Source: Macrostomum lignano
Taxonomy: Eukaryota
Assembly (NCBI GenBank): GCA_002269645.1
Contig: NIVC01001164.1
Location: 62,001 to 126,000 of the forward strand
DNA length: 64,000 nt
Direction of reading: 5' to 3'
The notes beneath the pieces are model-generated. The model was not told where the DNA came from, did no database searches, and worked only from the letters and a program-made list of their open reading frames with translations. Of this stretch, positions 1 through 12,022 are shown in pieces. The stretch's first letter is position 1, and the number at the start of each line of letters is the position of its first letter. Position numbers and translations under genes: made by a program.

Positions 1-3000
1 ATTCAAGTAGTCTCTGATTGAAATTTTGCAAGTCGCTAATGGAGTATTGGCTTGCAACTTTGAAGTCTTCCACGTGCAGACCAATCTTATCACCCTGTTC
101 GCAAAATCTTTCTATCCAAAACTGAAGCAGGTTGGTGCAACTGGCGCGGTCACTCATCTGCTGCTTAGCCATTTCCCTCGCGCGTTTTTTAATTGGCTCA
201 AGAAGATTATGCACCTTCACCTTGAGAAATTTTGAGTACTTGCTGTTGCCTTCTGGCTTGAAAAATTGTTCTTCCATCTTTCGCACCAGCCACTTGCGTG
301 TGAAGCCTTTACTATCTTTGATGAATTCGATCCAATCGTCAAATCTATTTGTGTTAATCAGACTTTTCGTCACCTGCTTCACAAGATTCTTGTTTTCTTG
401 ATCTAAAAAATCTTTACTGACAAAGTTGGCAGCTTGTCGCAATGCAGTTTCGCTGACGAAGTTCCTGATGATGCCTGCGATTACACCAGCACTGCGCACA
501 TCCTGGCCCTCTCGCTTGCAGCAGTTCCTGAACTCTTCAAAGACAGTATCCTTGAATGCTTGCAGCTGAGCTCTGACCCCAAACTGCTGCTCAAATTGCT
601 CATGTGCCGTCTTAAATTCTGCGGCTGCATACCAGCAAGCGTAAACGCTGAAAAAATCTTTAAATTGTGGTTGCAGTTTGACCCACCGATATCCACGAAT
701 TATTTTGAGATGCTCCTTTGATTGATCGCTGTTGAACTCATCAATCTCTTTATCCACAAAATGTATTATTGATGAAAAGACGCCATGATTGACAATATCG
801 ATGCCATTGTTTTTTTGGAACTGGATGATTTCTTTCTCAACTTTTTTCAGAACCGAGTTGGAAAAATTGAACACCTGTGTCTTGCACTCTTCCTCGGATG
901 GCCAGAACTTTTTGAATAAGCCAACATGCCACTTTTTCTCGTAATGATCAGTCCTGATCAGATCGACCCTCAATGGCACACAGGTTTGCTTACCTGCCAT
1001 TGATTTCTCTATCTCATCGTGTATCTCACGCCTCCTACTCTCGAACTCTGAGATCAAAGTCTTCTCAGCCTGATCAAAAAAATCTATCGTCTGCATCGGT
1101 GCTACATGTATATGGACTTCCTTCATCTGCTCTTCCCACATGGTATCAAATTCTTTTCTCAGCTCGTCATCGGCCATCTGAGAGCGATTTTCTGCCACCA
1201 TCTTTTCTGCCACTTGGCGCGCTTTATCCATAAACTTCTGCTTTAGCTGATCCGCTTCGCCTCTGCTCTGCAGAAGTACTCGCCTCTCCTCCTTCACGTC
1301 CGTCAGTCTCTCGTTACACTCGCGAGTAAGTGATTTGACATCTTCCTCAAAGTTGTTAAAAGTTCTTTGTTGCCATTGAACGATTGTCTGATTTTCTTCG
1401 TGTTTTTTGAAAAACGCTTCGAGTTCCTTTTGCTTCTCAGACTGATTTTCCTTGATGAATTTATTCGTTTCGGAGATCTCCGTTTTTAGCCTCTCAGGCA
1501 GGCTCTGGGCATCTTGACAAGAACGCAGCTTTGGGGCCGCCGTCTCTTTCACTTGCTCCCATGCTTTCTTCTCGAGATCGCGCCTAAGTTCAGAGTACTT
1601 CTTGTTGACTTCTTTGTAGGCCCTGAGCTCGAGTGTGTTCTGGAAACTAAATACAAAATCTTCCTTGACAACTGCCTTCCAGAAGTCAGCTGCACGAACA
1701 GAAAACTCTTCGAACGTCAACTTAGAACTGTTCGTACCCTTCAGGCACTGTACAATCTTGTACTTTGTACCCTGAACTCCTCTGCTGTAACCTGGATTGA
1801 CAGGAGCTAACGGAGGTTCTCCCTCCCACAAGTTTGTCAGGAAAATGACGTTTTCGTTCACATCAAACTTAAGGAGATCAGCGAAGCGCTTTAAATTTGT
1901 CACTCCTTCCTCATTCGCTGCACCCTCGACTGTACTGTCCAGAGTCCGCAACAGACGATCTCTCGCTTCCTGCATTTTCTCACGTGAGTCAACAGCACAG
2001 ACGTTCTGATGCACAAATAGGCAAGCCTTACCCTTGATGAGGTTCGGTGATGCATTAGAAATTCTTAGGAAAGCGTATACAACAATTTGCAAGACGTTTG
2101 TCATCTCATGTATATTTTCACCCATAATATTAATAATTGTAACGTCAGCCAGTCCTACGGCCATGGTCGCGAGTTCATTGTCGCGATGTTTTCCGTCATC
2201 GCCCAGTTCGTTAGAGCGTAGGCCTTCAGTATCGATGATCACAATGAAATCCGCATTCAGACCTGATTTTGTCCGATCATTTCGCACCAGCTGAAGGAAG
2301 GCACCTCTGGTGCAGCGTCCGGCACTTACTGGCAGCTGCAAGCCAAACATCGTGTTCAGTAAAGTTGACTTTCCCGAGCTCTGAATACCTAGAACTGACA
2401 CAATCAAGAGCGACTCCTTCTTAAATTTTTCCTGCAGCATTTTCAGCACTCCTTCAATCCATTTAATCGTGATGGCACTAGCATCTCCGTCAATCAGCTC
2501 GAAAGGGTGGCCTTGCACAATAAGCTGAACAGCTAAGTCTAGTAGTTCAGTATGACAGCTAAGTCCAGAAGGAGTCAACATTTGTTCGGCCACACGTTCG
2601 TTGTTTAAAGTGGCTTCGTACAACTGCGATAGCTCGCGAAAGATATGCTCCACACCAAAAACTGAGCCTTGTAAATCAGCGGGTGCAACCGAATTGGACT
2701 TTTGAATTCTAGTGTTCTCGCCATCTAGAAATAGTTTTAGGCTTCTTAGAAAGATGCTGATTTGTCCGTTATCGGAGGCTTCCTTGAATAATTTAATGAA
2801 GCGGAGTATAAAGTCACTTGAATTTCCCTTCTTAAGAAGCTCAAGCTGCTGTCGCCGCAGTTCCTCTATCTTCAAGTTGTCATTCTCTTCCTGCTTCACT
2901 CTTTCGTTCCCAGTCAATTTCTGGGCATCTCTGACTCTGTCCTTCTGCAGCTTCGAGATTTCATGCCAAGGCTGACCGTGTAGAGGCAGTAGTTGTTTTT

Positions 3001-4222
3001 TGCGATCAGTGGCATCAAGGCGAACGGCAGTATCTACCAGTTTTTTCGCATTCGAAATAGCCTGTTGCACGGCAGGCTGCCTCTCATCCACAAGCATATT
3101 GTAACTGTTTTCTGCTATCTCGCCAAGATTAGTCAAAGTCATGGACTTCTTGCTTTCGATCATCTTTATGTGAAGCCTTTTCTTTACGTCTGTCAAGAGT
3201 TCCGATGATGTTTTTCGATCTGCTTCCTTCACAATGCGTACCTTCTCTTTAAAGGTGTCTCCAAAATGGGATTGCAGTTGTAGCAGAAAGTTAGGAACTT
3301 TTGCTTGGGAGATCACCAAAATTATGTCCTGATTGTGGTTGAAAATTTCTTTAAGGACGTCACCAATTTCACCCTGCTTGTCGGCGTCATCTGATAGAAC
3401 AACTATGATGCAGGTAGACACATCAGCCAGGAAACGCATCTGTTGCTGACACTTCACTGCGTCTCCTCGAAGGTTGAGAACGCAAACGGGCTCGTTCAGT
3501 TTTAAATCGGCGTCGTTAAGACTCGGTAGCATCCACGTCTGCTCGATACTTCCATCGCTGAAAATTCTCTCCCCCAATGATGCAGATGACTCTCTAAACA
3601 CCATCTGCTTGTCGTGAACGCATCTGTTGATGAGCTGCGACTTTGAAACTGCATTGTTACCTAATCTGATCACAGAAAGAACACTAAACGAGTCTGAATT
3701 GATGCACTTTTGCTAAGAAACTTTGTCTTGACCACGGTATTTTAGCTCACCCGTCCTCAGTGGCAGCGTGAAGAGTTGCGATACATAACCTCCGAACCAG
3801 GAAAGTGGTACTGCGAGTTTACAATCAAAAAGTTTCTCAGCCAGCACCTGTTTGAGCGGGGCGTCGCAGCAAAGATAACAGGCCAAGAAAACGTCCTGGT
3901 GCTGCAGAAGGGCCATTGAATGCGTGCATTCTGTGTTAGAGTCTTCTGACCAGTCATCATCTTCGTCTTCGTTGGTTGGAGCTGCAGATGATGCTAGGTT
4001 ACTCAGCAGACTACCGAACAGCTGGTAGTTATTCATGACCACTGACTTCAGCATGAGCATGGGAACGTCGGAAATACTTTGAGCTGCTGCTTCTTCGCTT
4101 TCATCTCTCAAAGTCATTACATCACTCAAAGATATTTTTTCAGGAAACTTATCGGAAAGCTGTAGAGTCTCCAGAAATTGTCTCTGCTTTTCTGTCAGAG
4201 ATTTTAGAGTCACCGAGTTCAT
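1..4222 (-). CDS. Very large inducible GTPase (VLIG/GVIN1/URGCP family), intronless, 3' end outside the window, one in-frame TAG at 3715-3713
   Basis: The 169-aa ORF (4222-3713) has the URGCP-like N-terminal motifs (LQLSDKFPEKISLSDV; DVFLACYLCCD..LKQVL..KL..CKLAVPL). The same frame continues after the TAG: VIRLGNNAVSKSQLIN, DGSIEQTWMLP, VLNLRGD, G1 motif SVLGIQSSGKSTLLNTMFGLQLPVSAGRCTRGAF (about 2410-2290), G3 IDTEGL, DNELATMAVGLAD, NLWEGEPPLAPVNPGYS. No stop seen in the stretches I translated; the track lists no downstream ORF in this frame, consistent with it running off the edge. Confidence 0.9.
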
Positions 4223-5116
4223 TTTTTTGCTTTGAGCATGTGCCCGGTTCTGGACACCTGCGTATGCTGTGTGAAGTCGTCACTTTCCGTATTCCGTTCA
4301 ACCAGTCGCTTAGATTCTGATGTCGCAGAATAGCGCGAATAAAAAAGACAAGTCTATTTGGTCTCGACTTGAAGAGCGCACCAACGAATTTTTGAGTTGT
4401 ATTTATAGGCGAGTTTTAATGCCCCGCGGCGTGGAGTGTGATCACCATCTACACGTTTAATGGGTGTACACAGAGGTATTGTATGATAGTGTTATTAAAT
4501 GTCGCATAAAAGCGAAGTTCTCTTTTTTGAAGCAAAGCACAGCTTTCATTAGTTCTTGCCAGCGAACGAACGCTACGACGTAGTCAACAACACGTGGCAC
4601 GCGGCAGCGACTAGCGAGCACTTAGGGTGGGGGGGGGCGGGAGTCCCAAGAGAGACCCACCCAACACGGCGACAAACAAACCTTGCATGAATGGCGTCTA
4701 GACAGTTCAACAGAAGTCCGACAGACGTGTAAGAGATTGAAAAGTTTATTTGATCTAGACAGTAAACAGTCTAATGGAGACTATAGAGATCTCTAAACCT
4801 TGAGAATAACATCGCTAAACAATAACTAACTTAAAGTAAATTCAAGTTTACGTAGAGTTCTGCGGACTGACCCGTAGCAAGCGGTGACGTCAAACGATCC
4901 TATAAATAATAAAATTGAAAGTTATTGTAATCCCAGGATCCGGCATTAAAAATGAAAGGGGATATCACCTCAGTCCCAAAATGGAAGCGATGTATCAGAG
5001 TGGGAATTTTGTTGTCGGATATCCCTCTATTGAATCAGCAATTCATATGATGCAGAATCATCGAAAATCCCATCTCTCGATATCTCACTTATCTCACTAG
5101 ACCCCAGTGAGATAAT

Positions 5117-5665
5117 CGAGGACCACTGTATATAGCAGGACGTAAAACTCAAAGATCGTGTAAATTTTTTGGAGGTCGATTTCCTGGAAAAAATACACTG
5201 CGGAGATAGGAGAACATCATTTTTTCACCACAAAATCAATGATTGCATTTGATCTAGGGCAGTTGAAATAACCATTTTTTATTTAGCACACACATGTTAC
5301 TCTATTTCATTTCAATATACAAAGCTGTGTAGTGAATGTTTCATTTTCAAATTATTTTTTATTTCATAAGCCCAGAGTTGCAATATACTGGCAAGTGGCA
5401 TTAGCCGAATTTTTTGCTTTGTTCCTTTTTGAATCAAGTATATTTGTAATAAAAATTTTGCATTCAGGTACTATTAAGCCATTATTGTAGGGATAGTTCC
5501 ATTTCAATGTAGTAACTAACTGCCCTAGATCAAATGCAATCATTGATTTTGTGGTGAAAAAATGATGTTCTCCTATCTCCGCAGTGTATTTTTTCCAGGA
5601 AATCGACCTCCAAAAAATTTACACGATCTTTGAGTTTTACGTCCTGCTTTATACAGTGGTCCTTG
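5117..5665. mobile_element. Non-autonomous DNA transposon (MITE) with about 148-bp terminal inverted repeats and an 8-bp target-site duplication
   Basis: 5117-5264 is nearly the exact reverse complement of 5518-5665. The direct repeat GAGATAAT flanks it at 5109-5116 and 5666-5673. The spacer is AT-rich and non-coding. Confidence 0.85.
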
Positions 5666-6789
5666 GAGATAATATGGGATAAATAGGGATTTATAGTGAC
5701 CGTCTCCGACTGATTTTAGCCAAGGGAGTCGGCTGGATATGTCGTCCTCGATAACAGAATTGCGCAGTACACTCGAACACACAATAGATTCACACTTACC
5801 AAAAAACTTGCCACCCTCGTGGTCTGGTAAGTCGTTATTTGTGTATGGCAGCAACTTTACGAAGAAGATATTTGTCGAATTTATTAGACCCTCGTGAAGG
5901 TATTCAGTACGTCAACGATACCTCCAGATACCTCCAGAAGTGAGTCACAACATTGGATTCCAGTGGATGCAACTGATCCAGTTTCTAATTGGTTTCCTAA
6001 AATGAGTACGCAAGCTTAGAAAAAGTTTCTGTTGGACGGGTACCACTTGAAGCAAACAATTTTGTTCAAAAGATCAAAGTCCAGCATGTCTTGGACGGCT
6101 TTGAAGGCAACATGTGGATGGATTTCGAGCAACTGGCTTCTCAACTTCCTCGGAAAATAAAGTGTTGTAAGTTCTGAGCAGCCTGAAAATTGTTCAGCAA
6201 GTTTGGAACTTGGACACTTTTATGGATCTATGAATCTACTCGTACATAGCCGCTGTATTTTCCCGAAACTCATAATTAACACTTTTCACGTAATTCTGCG
6301 GATTAGTGATTCGTTTAAAAATAATTATTTTGAATTTCTTGACAAAGGACTCCAACAGGTTTTATACCGACTTTTCATCTTCAAAGGCTGGAAGCCGAAC
6401 AGCCGGTTGCCATTGCCATGTGATGGCAGTACTACTTGTTTTAGGCCCCTATGCCTACGCTGGTATGTTTCTGAAAGCTTCGAGAAGGCTTATCCGAAGC
6501 ATCGATTCGTGGAGACTATGCTGCCTCATAAGCTGAATGAAAGGCTGATTCTCTGCATTAAGGATAACAGAAAATCCTGACTTACGTGCAAGGAAAGAGG
6601 GCCAAATAGTTTTCGAACAAAATCTTCGAACAGTAGGCAATCTCGACAAAAGCTGCACTGCGGACTTCGAAATACCTGCTTTGGTTACTCCACAGTGCAC
6701 GTGCCGTACTGGTTGCAGCAAAAAGGATCGATATTGCATTCCTCCGGTCAGATTCATGATGCCCAGCGATCACTGGAGCAGTTGCTTAA

Positions 6790-7370
6790 TAGAATGACTA
6801 TAGATCCAACCCAAAGTTTGCTGAAGAGTTCCTATCCAGTGTAAGACGAACATTCACGGTTTAATCACGGGAAAGAGCATTGCTGTCTTGAGTTTTCTAG
6901 GTTGTTTTCTCTGCTATCGCAGTTCGAGACGTGTTTACTGCGAAAATTACGCATCGCACGCCCAAGCATCCTCACCGTCATCCTCACCGACAGCGGTGGT
7001 GATTCACACACCATTGATGAGCTGTTGATTAGAGCGCTGTCACCGAAAAACGTTCAGTGCGAAACGTGAGATTGTGGCGGCAGCTGTGAAGAGACGATTG
7101 CTGCTGCAGCTAGAGGATTTACCATCTTTCATTTCGATGGCACTAATGCTAGTAAGAAGACCGAAAAATTCTACGCCCATTTGACATTCTTTACGCAATG
7201 CCTCTGCAACTGCGCACGGGCATCCAGTTATTGTTGTTTGCCACAATGGCAGAAGCACTACGTCAGGGCACTATACATCCAGTAGTGTCAATCGCCAAGG
7301 CATCTGGTGGCAAATCCCTTCGAAACTGGTCTACAAGACAATTGTGCTTGTTTTAAATATTGAGTAAGCG
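6790..7370 (+). pseudogene. Decayed ubiquitin-specific-protease-like (peptidase C19) coding relic
   Basis: Interrupted frames give HGKEHCCLEF (QQDAxEF-like), KRRLLLQLEDLPSFISMALMLVR and VVCHNGRSTTSGHYTSSSVNRQGIWW (His-box-like), with stops and frameshifts between them. Confidence 0.35.
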
Positions 7371-9579
7371 TCACGAGCACGATACAGCCAAAGTAGCAAA
7401 TATCGTAGTTCAGTTATTAATGAAAACATTAAAAGCTGGTCTGACAGCAAGTAATCCATTGCGATTTTCTGTTCATTAATTTGCATTTTACTTACCGACA
7501 AGTTTTACTTGATTTTCTATCCTCTACTTGCTAGTTACAAATTATAGTTACAAAAATGACTGAAAGCGCTGAAAGTCATGAACAAGGTTTGCTGCTCCTT
7601 ACATTGCTGGTGCAAAACAAAATCGATAAAAACCAGATATGACACAAAATGAATGAGACTTTCATGAAGGAGACGAGTTGGGCAGCTGGGCAGCAAAATA
7701 CGTTGGATGCGCGTTTGTTCCCGCCGGTATAGGCTGCTTACAGCGTTAGCAGCAGCACCTCCTGTGTGAGAAGTACGACTCGGAACCCGATGATGTTAGA
7801 TGCTTTCTAACACCTCAAAGCTGCTGCTGCTGCAAAGACAATATTTGAGGGTTGGTTTAGGGGCGGCTAATCTGGGTCAGGTTGAGTAGCTCCAGCTGTG
7901 GCCATTTGACTACATGTAAAAAACAGTAGCGTTTTGTGCGCGACTCATCTCTCATCTCATCTCTTCTCTCTCTTTTCCTCACTCAATCTGGCCCGCAGCC
8001 ATGAGCTGGATTCTTTTCCTGGCACTTCAAGTAAAAGAGTTTTCCGCACCCTACTCAAAGAGGACTGCCTAAAGTTTGAAGTCAACATTGAAAGGCCGGT
8101 AGGTAACTCTACTCATTACCTACTAAGCATTAAATGCCAGGGTACTATGCTTGCATAAGCTACTGTCTTAACCCTGGGGTTTGCTTAACTTTACCAAAAT
8201 CTAACGCTTCTGTATGCTCTCCTGTGCAATCATTATTCAAGACATAATAGGCCTTATTGATCTGCATGGCTTGGACGCAGCTGTGCCTAGTAGGGCAATA
8301 GAGTGAGAGCCAGACAGGGACGGAGAGAAGGGGAGCTGACTTGACTCCCTCCAGACTTCCCAGTCGCCCTCGAAGACATTCTGTCGCCGCTTCCCTCATG
8401 TAGCCGCGTGGGCAGCTGCCATCATTATTCCTCTCTCCCTCCTAAACCCCATGCACCGGCGTCCACTGTGGGGACCCCCAGGCCATCGGTTTTGCGTGTC
8501 AATTGGGTTGCTGGTTGGTCGGTCGCCGTGTGTTCCTGTCTGGCCTCCCCTCCTCCTCCCGGTGTTTCACTTCTGCCATGGCGTGGCGTCAGCGTGGGTG
8601 TCCGGTCAAGGACTTCTACAATAAAGCATCTGGAAAGAAGAGTTTTATAACAACAACTCCCTCCGAAAGCAGCGATCTTGAACCAATTATTCAATAGTAG
8701 TTTGAGGAAGAGCCGGAATGCAGCTTATTCAACTATCAAGGTTTAACTCTCCCAAGTTATACTGCTTTAAAAAAGCCACCTTACGAGCTTAAAAAACTCT
8801 TCAGTTTCCTTTCCAGACTGTCTAACATTAGAACTCCATGACTCGGCCATTGAAAGCTCGCTTAATATTGACTGCGCCTCCGCCAATTGAGCGCCTCTTT
8901 TCTTGGCTCAGGAAAAATCGTGTTGGAGGAAAGAGAAGAGAAGAGGGGAGGAGAGAGACAGCGTGTGCAGGCCCGTGTCCGCCTGTGCACCTCCATGCCG
9001 CTCCCGTCCCGCAGACAAGGACAAGCTAGGTCGGCTTCCTTTCTGGGCCTCCATTAAAAATTGCACCTTTGTCTGACTGCTCGTCTTCCCACTCTGTTCC
9101 CTTCGCATTTCTTTCCCCATTCTGTTGCAGTCAATTCTGTACTACAGAGCACGGTTTTCGGCCTGAGTGTGCGTTATTAAGGCCATGAGATCGTGAGGCA
9201 GAGCTTGATTGGCAATTGCAATTTAAGTCATTGTGGCATCATAGGACGCTTCAGCATGCGTACAGATCGGTGTACACTGATAGGATAGAGCGATCGTGTC
9301 ACCCTCAGTTCTAGAAAACAGAAGCAATCAGCGAATTAGCTCGTAAAACAGATTCATCTATTTGACGGATTTAACTCAATATGCCACCTTTTAGCGTGAA
9401 TCATCCAGTGCAATTTTGATACAAAAGCTACTGAACAGCTAGCTACCCATCAACCCTCTGTGCGAACTACAGTCAGAGAGAAACGTTCGGGAAGAATCTC
9501 CAGCGAAGAGAACTCAAATCGGAAAGAATCTTCCAAGTGCTATAACATAATAAATCGATTCTGGAGCGAGACATTCGAA

Positions 9580-11034
9580 ATGTCACTCATGGAATCTCCA
9601 GGCCAGCGGATGCCGAACGGTCACTGCACTGACGCAGTCCCGGACGAAGCCGCAGTGGCAGCTACGAGCTTCGAACAGCTGCAGCTCGAGAATCGACAGC
9701 TGCGCGCCCAGCTGGACGACCTGACCGACGCCTGGGAGGGCGTCCGGGCGGAGGTCAACGACGAGTGCGCAGCCAGGGAGCGACTGCAGGCCGGCCTGGT
9801 GGCGGCTCGAGCCGAGCTGGAGGCGGAGCGGCGCGGACGTCTGGCGGCCGAAGCGCAGTTGCAGAAAGACGCTTCTGAGGCGGCCGCGCTCAAAGAAAGA
9901 TGCGAGCGGGCGCTGCGAGAGAGAGCCGAGCTGCGCACAGGGACGGCCGAGCTAAAGGCCAGGCTTGAAGCTGCTGTCAGGTGGAATTTTATATTAGCTA
10001 GTTCTCATCTGATGCTTACTCTGAGCTGAGACTTTGGTGTTGAAAATGTGATTTGGTGTCTACTGATCTATGCTCCAGTGTTTGCTGGTATCTGTGGTCG
10101 GAGCATCTCAGAAGTGGACGCGTCTGATTCTCGACCCCTGGTTCTATTCCGTTCGCACACTCATCGAAAAACTGACCGGGGGTTTTCCGTCCGTGTCACA
10201 CCCATGAGGGTCAACCCGAAAGCACAGAGTGTACATTCCTGACTTAGAAAGTCAGTGCCGCTGTACGAGCTACACCCCGTGTGAGAGTACGAGTCTGTGC
10301 CTGTGTACAGTACGAGTACCCAAACAGACACTTTTAGACACTCGTATTTTGTCTGTTTGTTAATGCCGGCTTATATTATCGCCAGTAGTTCCACATGTTA
10401 AGGATTGCTCAAATACATTTACAATGGGTCTGAACCAACTAAACATTGTTTTGAGCTGTCTTTAACCCGCAAAGAGAGTAGCGGCAATGCAAACCGACCT
10501 TTAATACGACGTATTTGACAGTATATCTCCTGTCTATTTACCATAAGCTACGAGCGTATGTTAGTGTTCGGCCACAGTTACTAACCTCGCCACTTTCTCA
10601 GAGATTTGGAGGCGTCTCGAGCTGAGATTGCAAGCCTTTCTGAGCGTCTGCAGGCTGCTCAAAGACCGCCTGACGAGGAAGCCATTGAAACTGGAAGACT
10701 GCTGGAACAGCAACCGAAAGAATGTCAGTGTTCAACGAAGATAGCAAAACCCATGATCAAACGATCAGCAGATGAAATTTCCAAGTCAGACCATCCAAAC
10801 AGTCGGTCCAGTCAGCGCGATAGAAACTCATCGATTAGGCGATCGATTTTAGCAGCTGACACCGGCAGCAGCAGTACTTTCAAACCCAAACTAACAGATG
10901 ACGGAGTCCTAAGCGGTGGTAGTGCCATAATAGTTCGGCTGCACAGGTTGGAACGAGAAAACTCGGCGCTTAGACGGCAACTGGGCATCCCTGAGGACTC
11001 TGATCTCCCTGCTAATGTGTTCTATGGTAAATAA
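9580..11034 (+). CDS. Two-exon coiled-coil protein, about 277 aa (exons 9580-9980, 10602-11034)
   Basis: Heptad-rich E/L/R/A sequence (FEQLQLENRQLRAQLDDL; LHRLERENSALRRQL). Donor CAG|GTGGAA and acceptor TTTCTCAG| are phase-compatible. The start codon is uncertain. Confidence 0.7.
10090..10320 (+). mobile_element. Copy of dispersed SINE-like repeat family (family B)
   Basis: Shares GCGTCTGATTCTCG, AGAGTGTACA and TACACCC-GTGTGAG with 25715-26190, 38040-38190 and 42330-42570. Confidence 0.5.
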
Positions 11035-11060
11035 TTTAGAGAGTTTAATAATCATTACAA

Positions 11061-12022
11061 CCTCACTCCCTGTTCCAGCACCCCAACTTTAACAGCCACC
11101 TCACTCCCTGTCCCAGCACCCCAGCTTTAACAGCCACCTCACTCCCTGTCCCAGCACCCCAGCTTTAACAGCCACCTCACTCTCTGTCTCAGCACCCCAA
11201 CTTTAACAGCCACCTCACTCCCTGTCCCAGAACCCCAACTTTAACAGCCACCTCACTCCCTGTCCCAGCACCCCAACTTTAACAGCCACCTCACTCCCTG
11301 TCCCAGAACCCCAACTTTAACAGCCACCTCACTCCCTGTCCCAGTACCCCAACTTTAACAGCCACCTCACTCCCTGTCCCAGAACCCCAACTTTAACAGC
11401 CACCTCACTCCCTGTCCCAGCACCCCAACTTTAACAGCCACCTCACTCCCTGTCCCAGCACCCCAACTTTAACAGCCACCTCACTCCCTGTCCCAGCACC
11501 CCAGCTTTAACAGCCACCTCACTCTCTGTCTCAGCACCCCAACTTTAACAGCCACCTCACTCCCTGTCCCAGAACCCCAACTTTAACAGCCACCTCACTC
11601 CCTGTCCCAGCACCCCAACTTTAACAGCCACCTCACTCCCTGTCCCAGAACCCCAACTTTAACAGCCACCTCACTCCCTGTCCCAGCACCCCAACTTTAA
11701 CAGCCACCTCACTCCCTGTCCCAGAACCCCAACTTTAACAGCCACCTCACTCCCTGTCCCAGCACCCCAACTTTAACAGCCACCTCACTCCCTGTCCCAG
11801 AACCCCAACTTTAACAGCCACCTCACTCCCTGTCCCAGCACCCCAACTTTAACAGCCACCTCACTCCCTGTCCCAGCACCCCAGCTTTAACAGCCACCTC
11901 ACTCTCTGTCTCAGCACCCCAACTTTACCAGCCACCTCACTCTCTGTCTCAGCACCCCAACTTTACCAGCCACCTCACTCCCTGTCCCAGAACCCCAACT
12001 TTAACAGCCACCTCACTCCCTG
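11061..12022. repeat. 38-bp minisatellite, about 25 copies
   Basis: Unit CAGCCACCTCACTCCCTGTCCCAGCACCCCAACTTTAA; begins just after the coiled-coil gene stop codon. Confidence 0.95.

Noticed and set aside
26-3208. Plus-strand short ORFs over the VLIG gene
   Set aside because: They are antisense shadows of the minus-strand CDS.
3713-3750. 38-nt intron (G|GTGAGC...TTTCTTAG) removing the VLIG stop
   Set aside because: It would shift the frame away from the GTPase domain. A 72-nt in-frame alternative has a weak donor and would delete sequence that aligns with URGCP-type proteins.
4622-4640. TTAGGG next to a G run, and TAGGGT cores in the 35-38 kb arrays, as telomeric repeats
   Set aside because: No tandem (TTAGGG)n is present.
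8160-9120. GC-rich segment with AATAAA and several short ORFs, possibly an LTR or retroelement end
   Set aside because: No second copy, TG..CA termini, PBS/PPT or recognisable protein motif was found.
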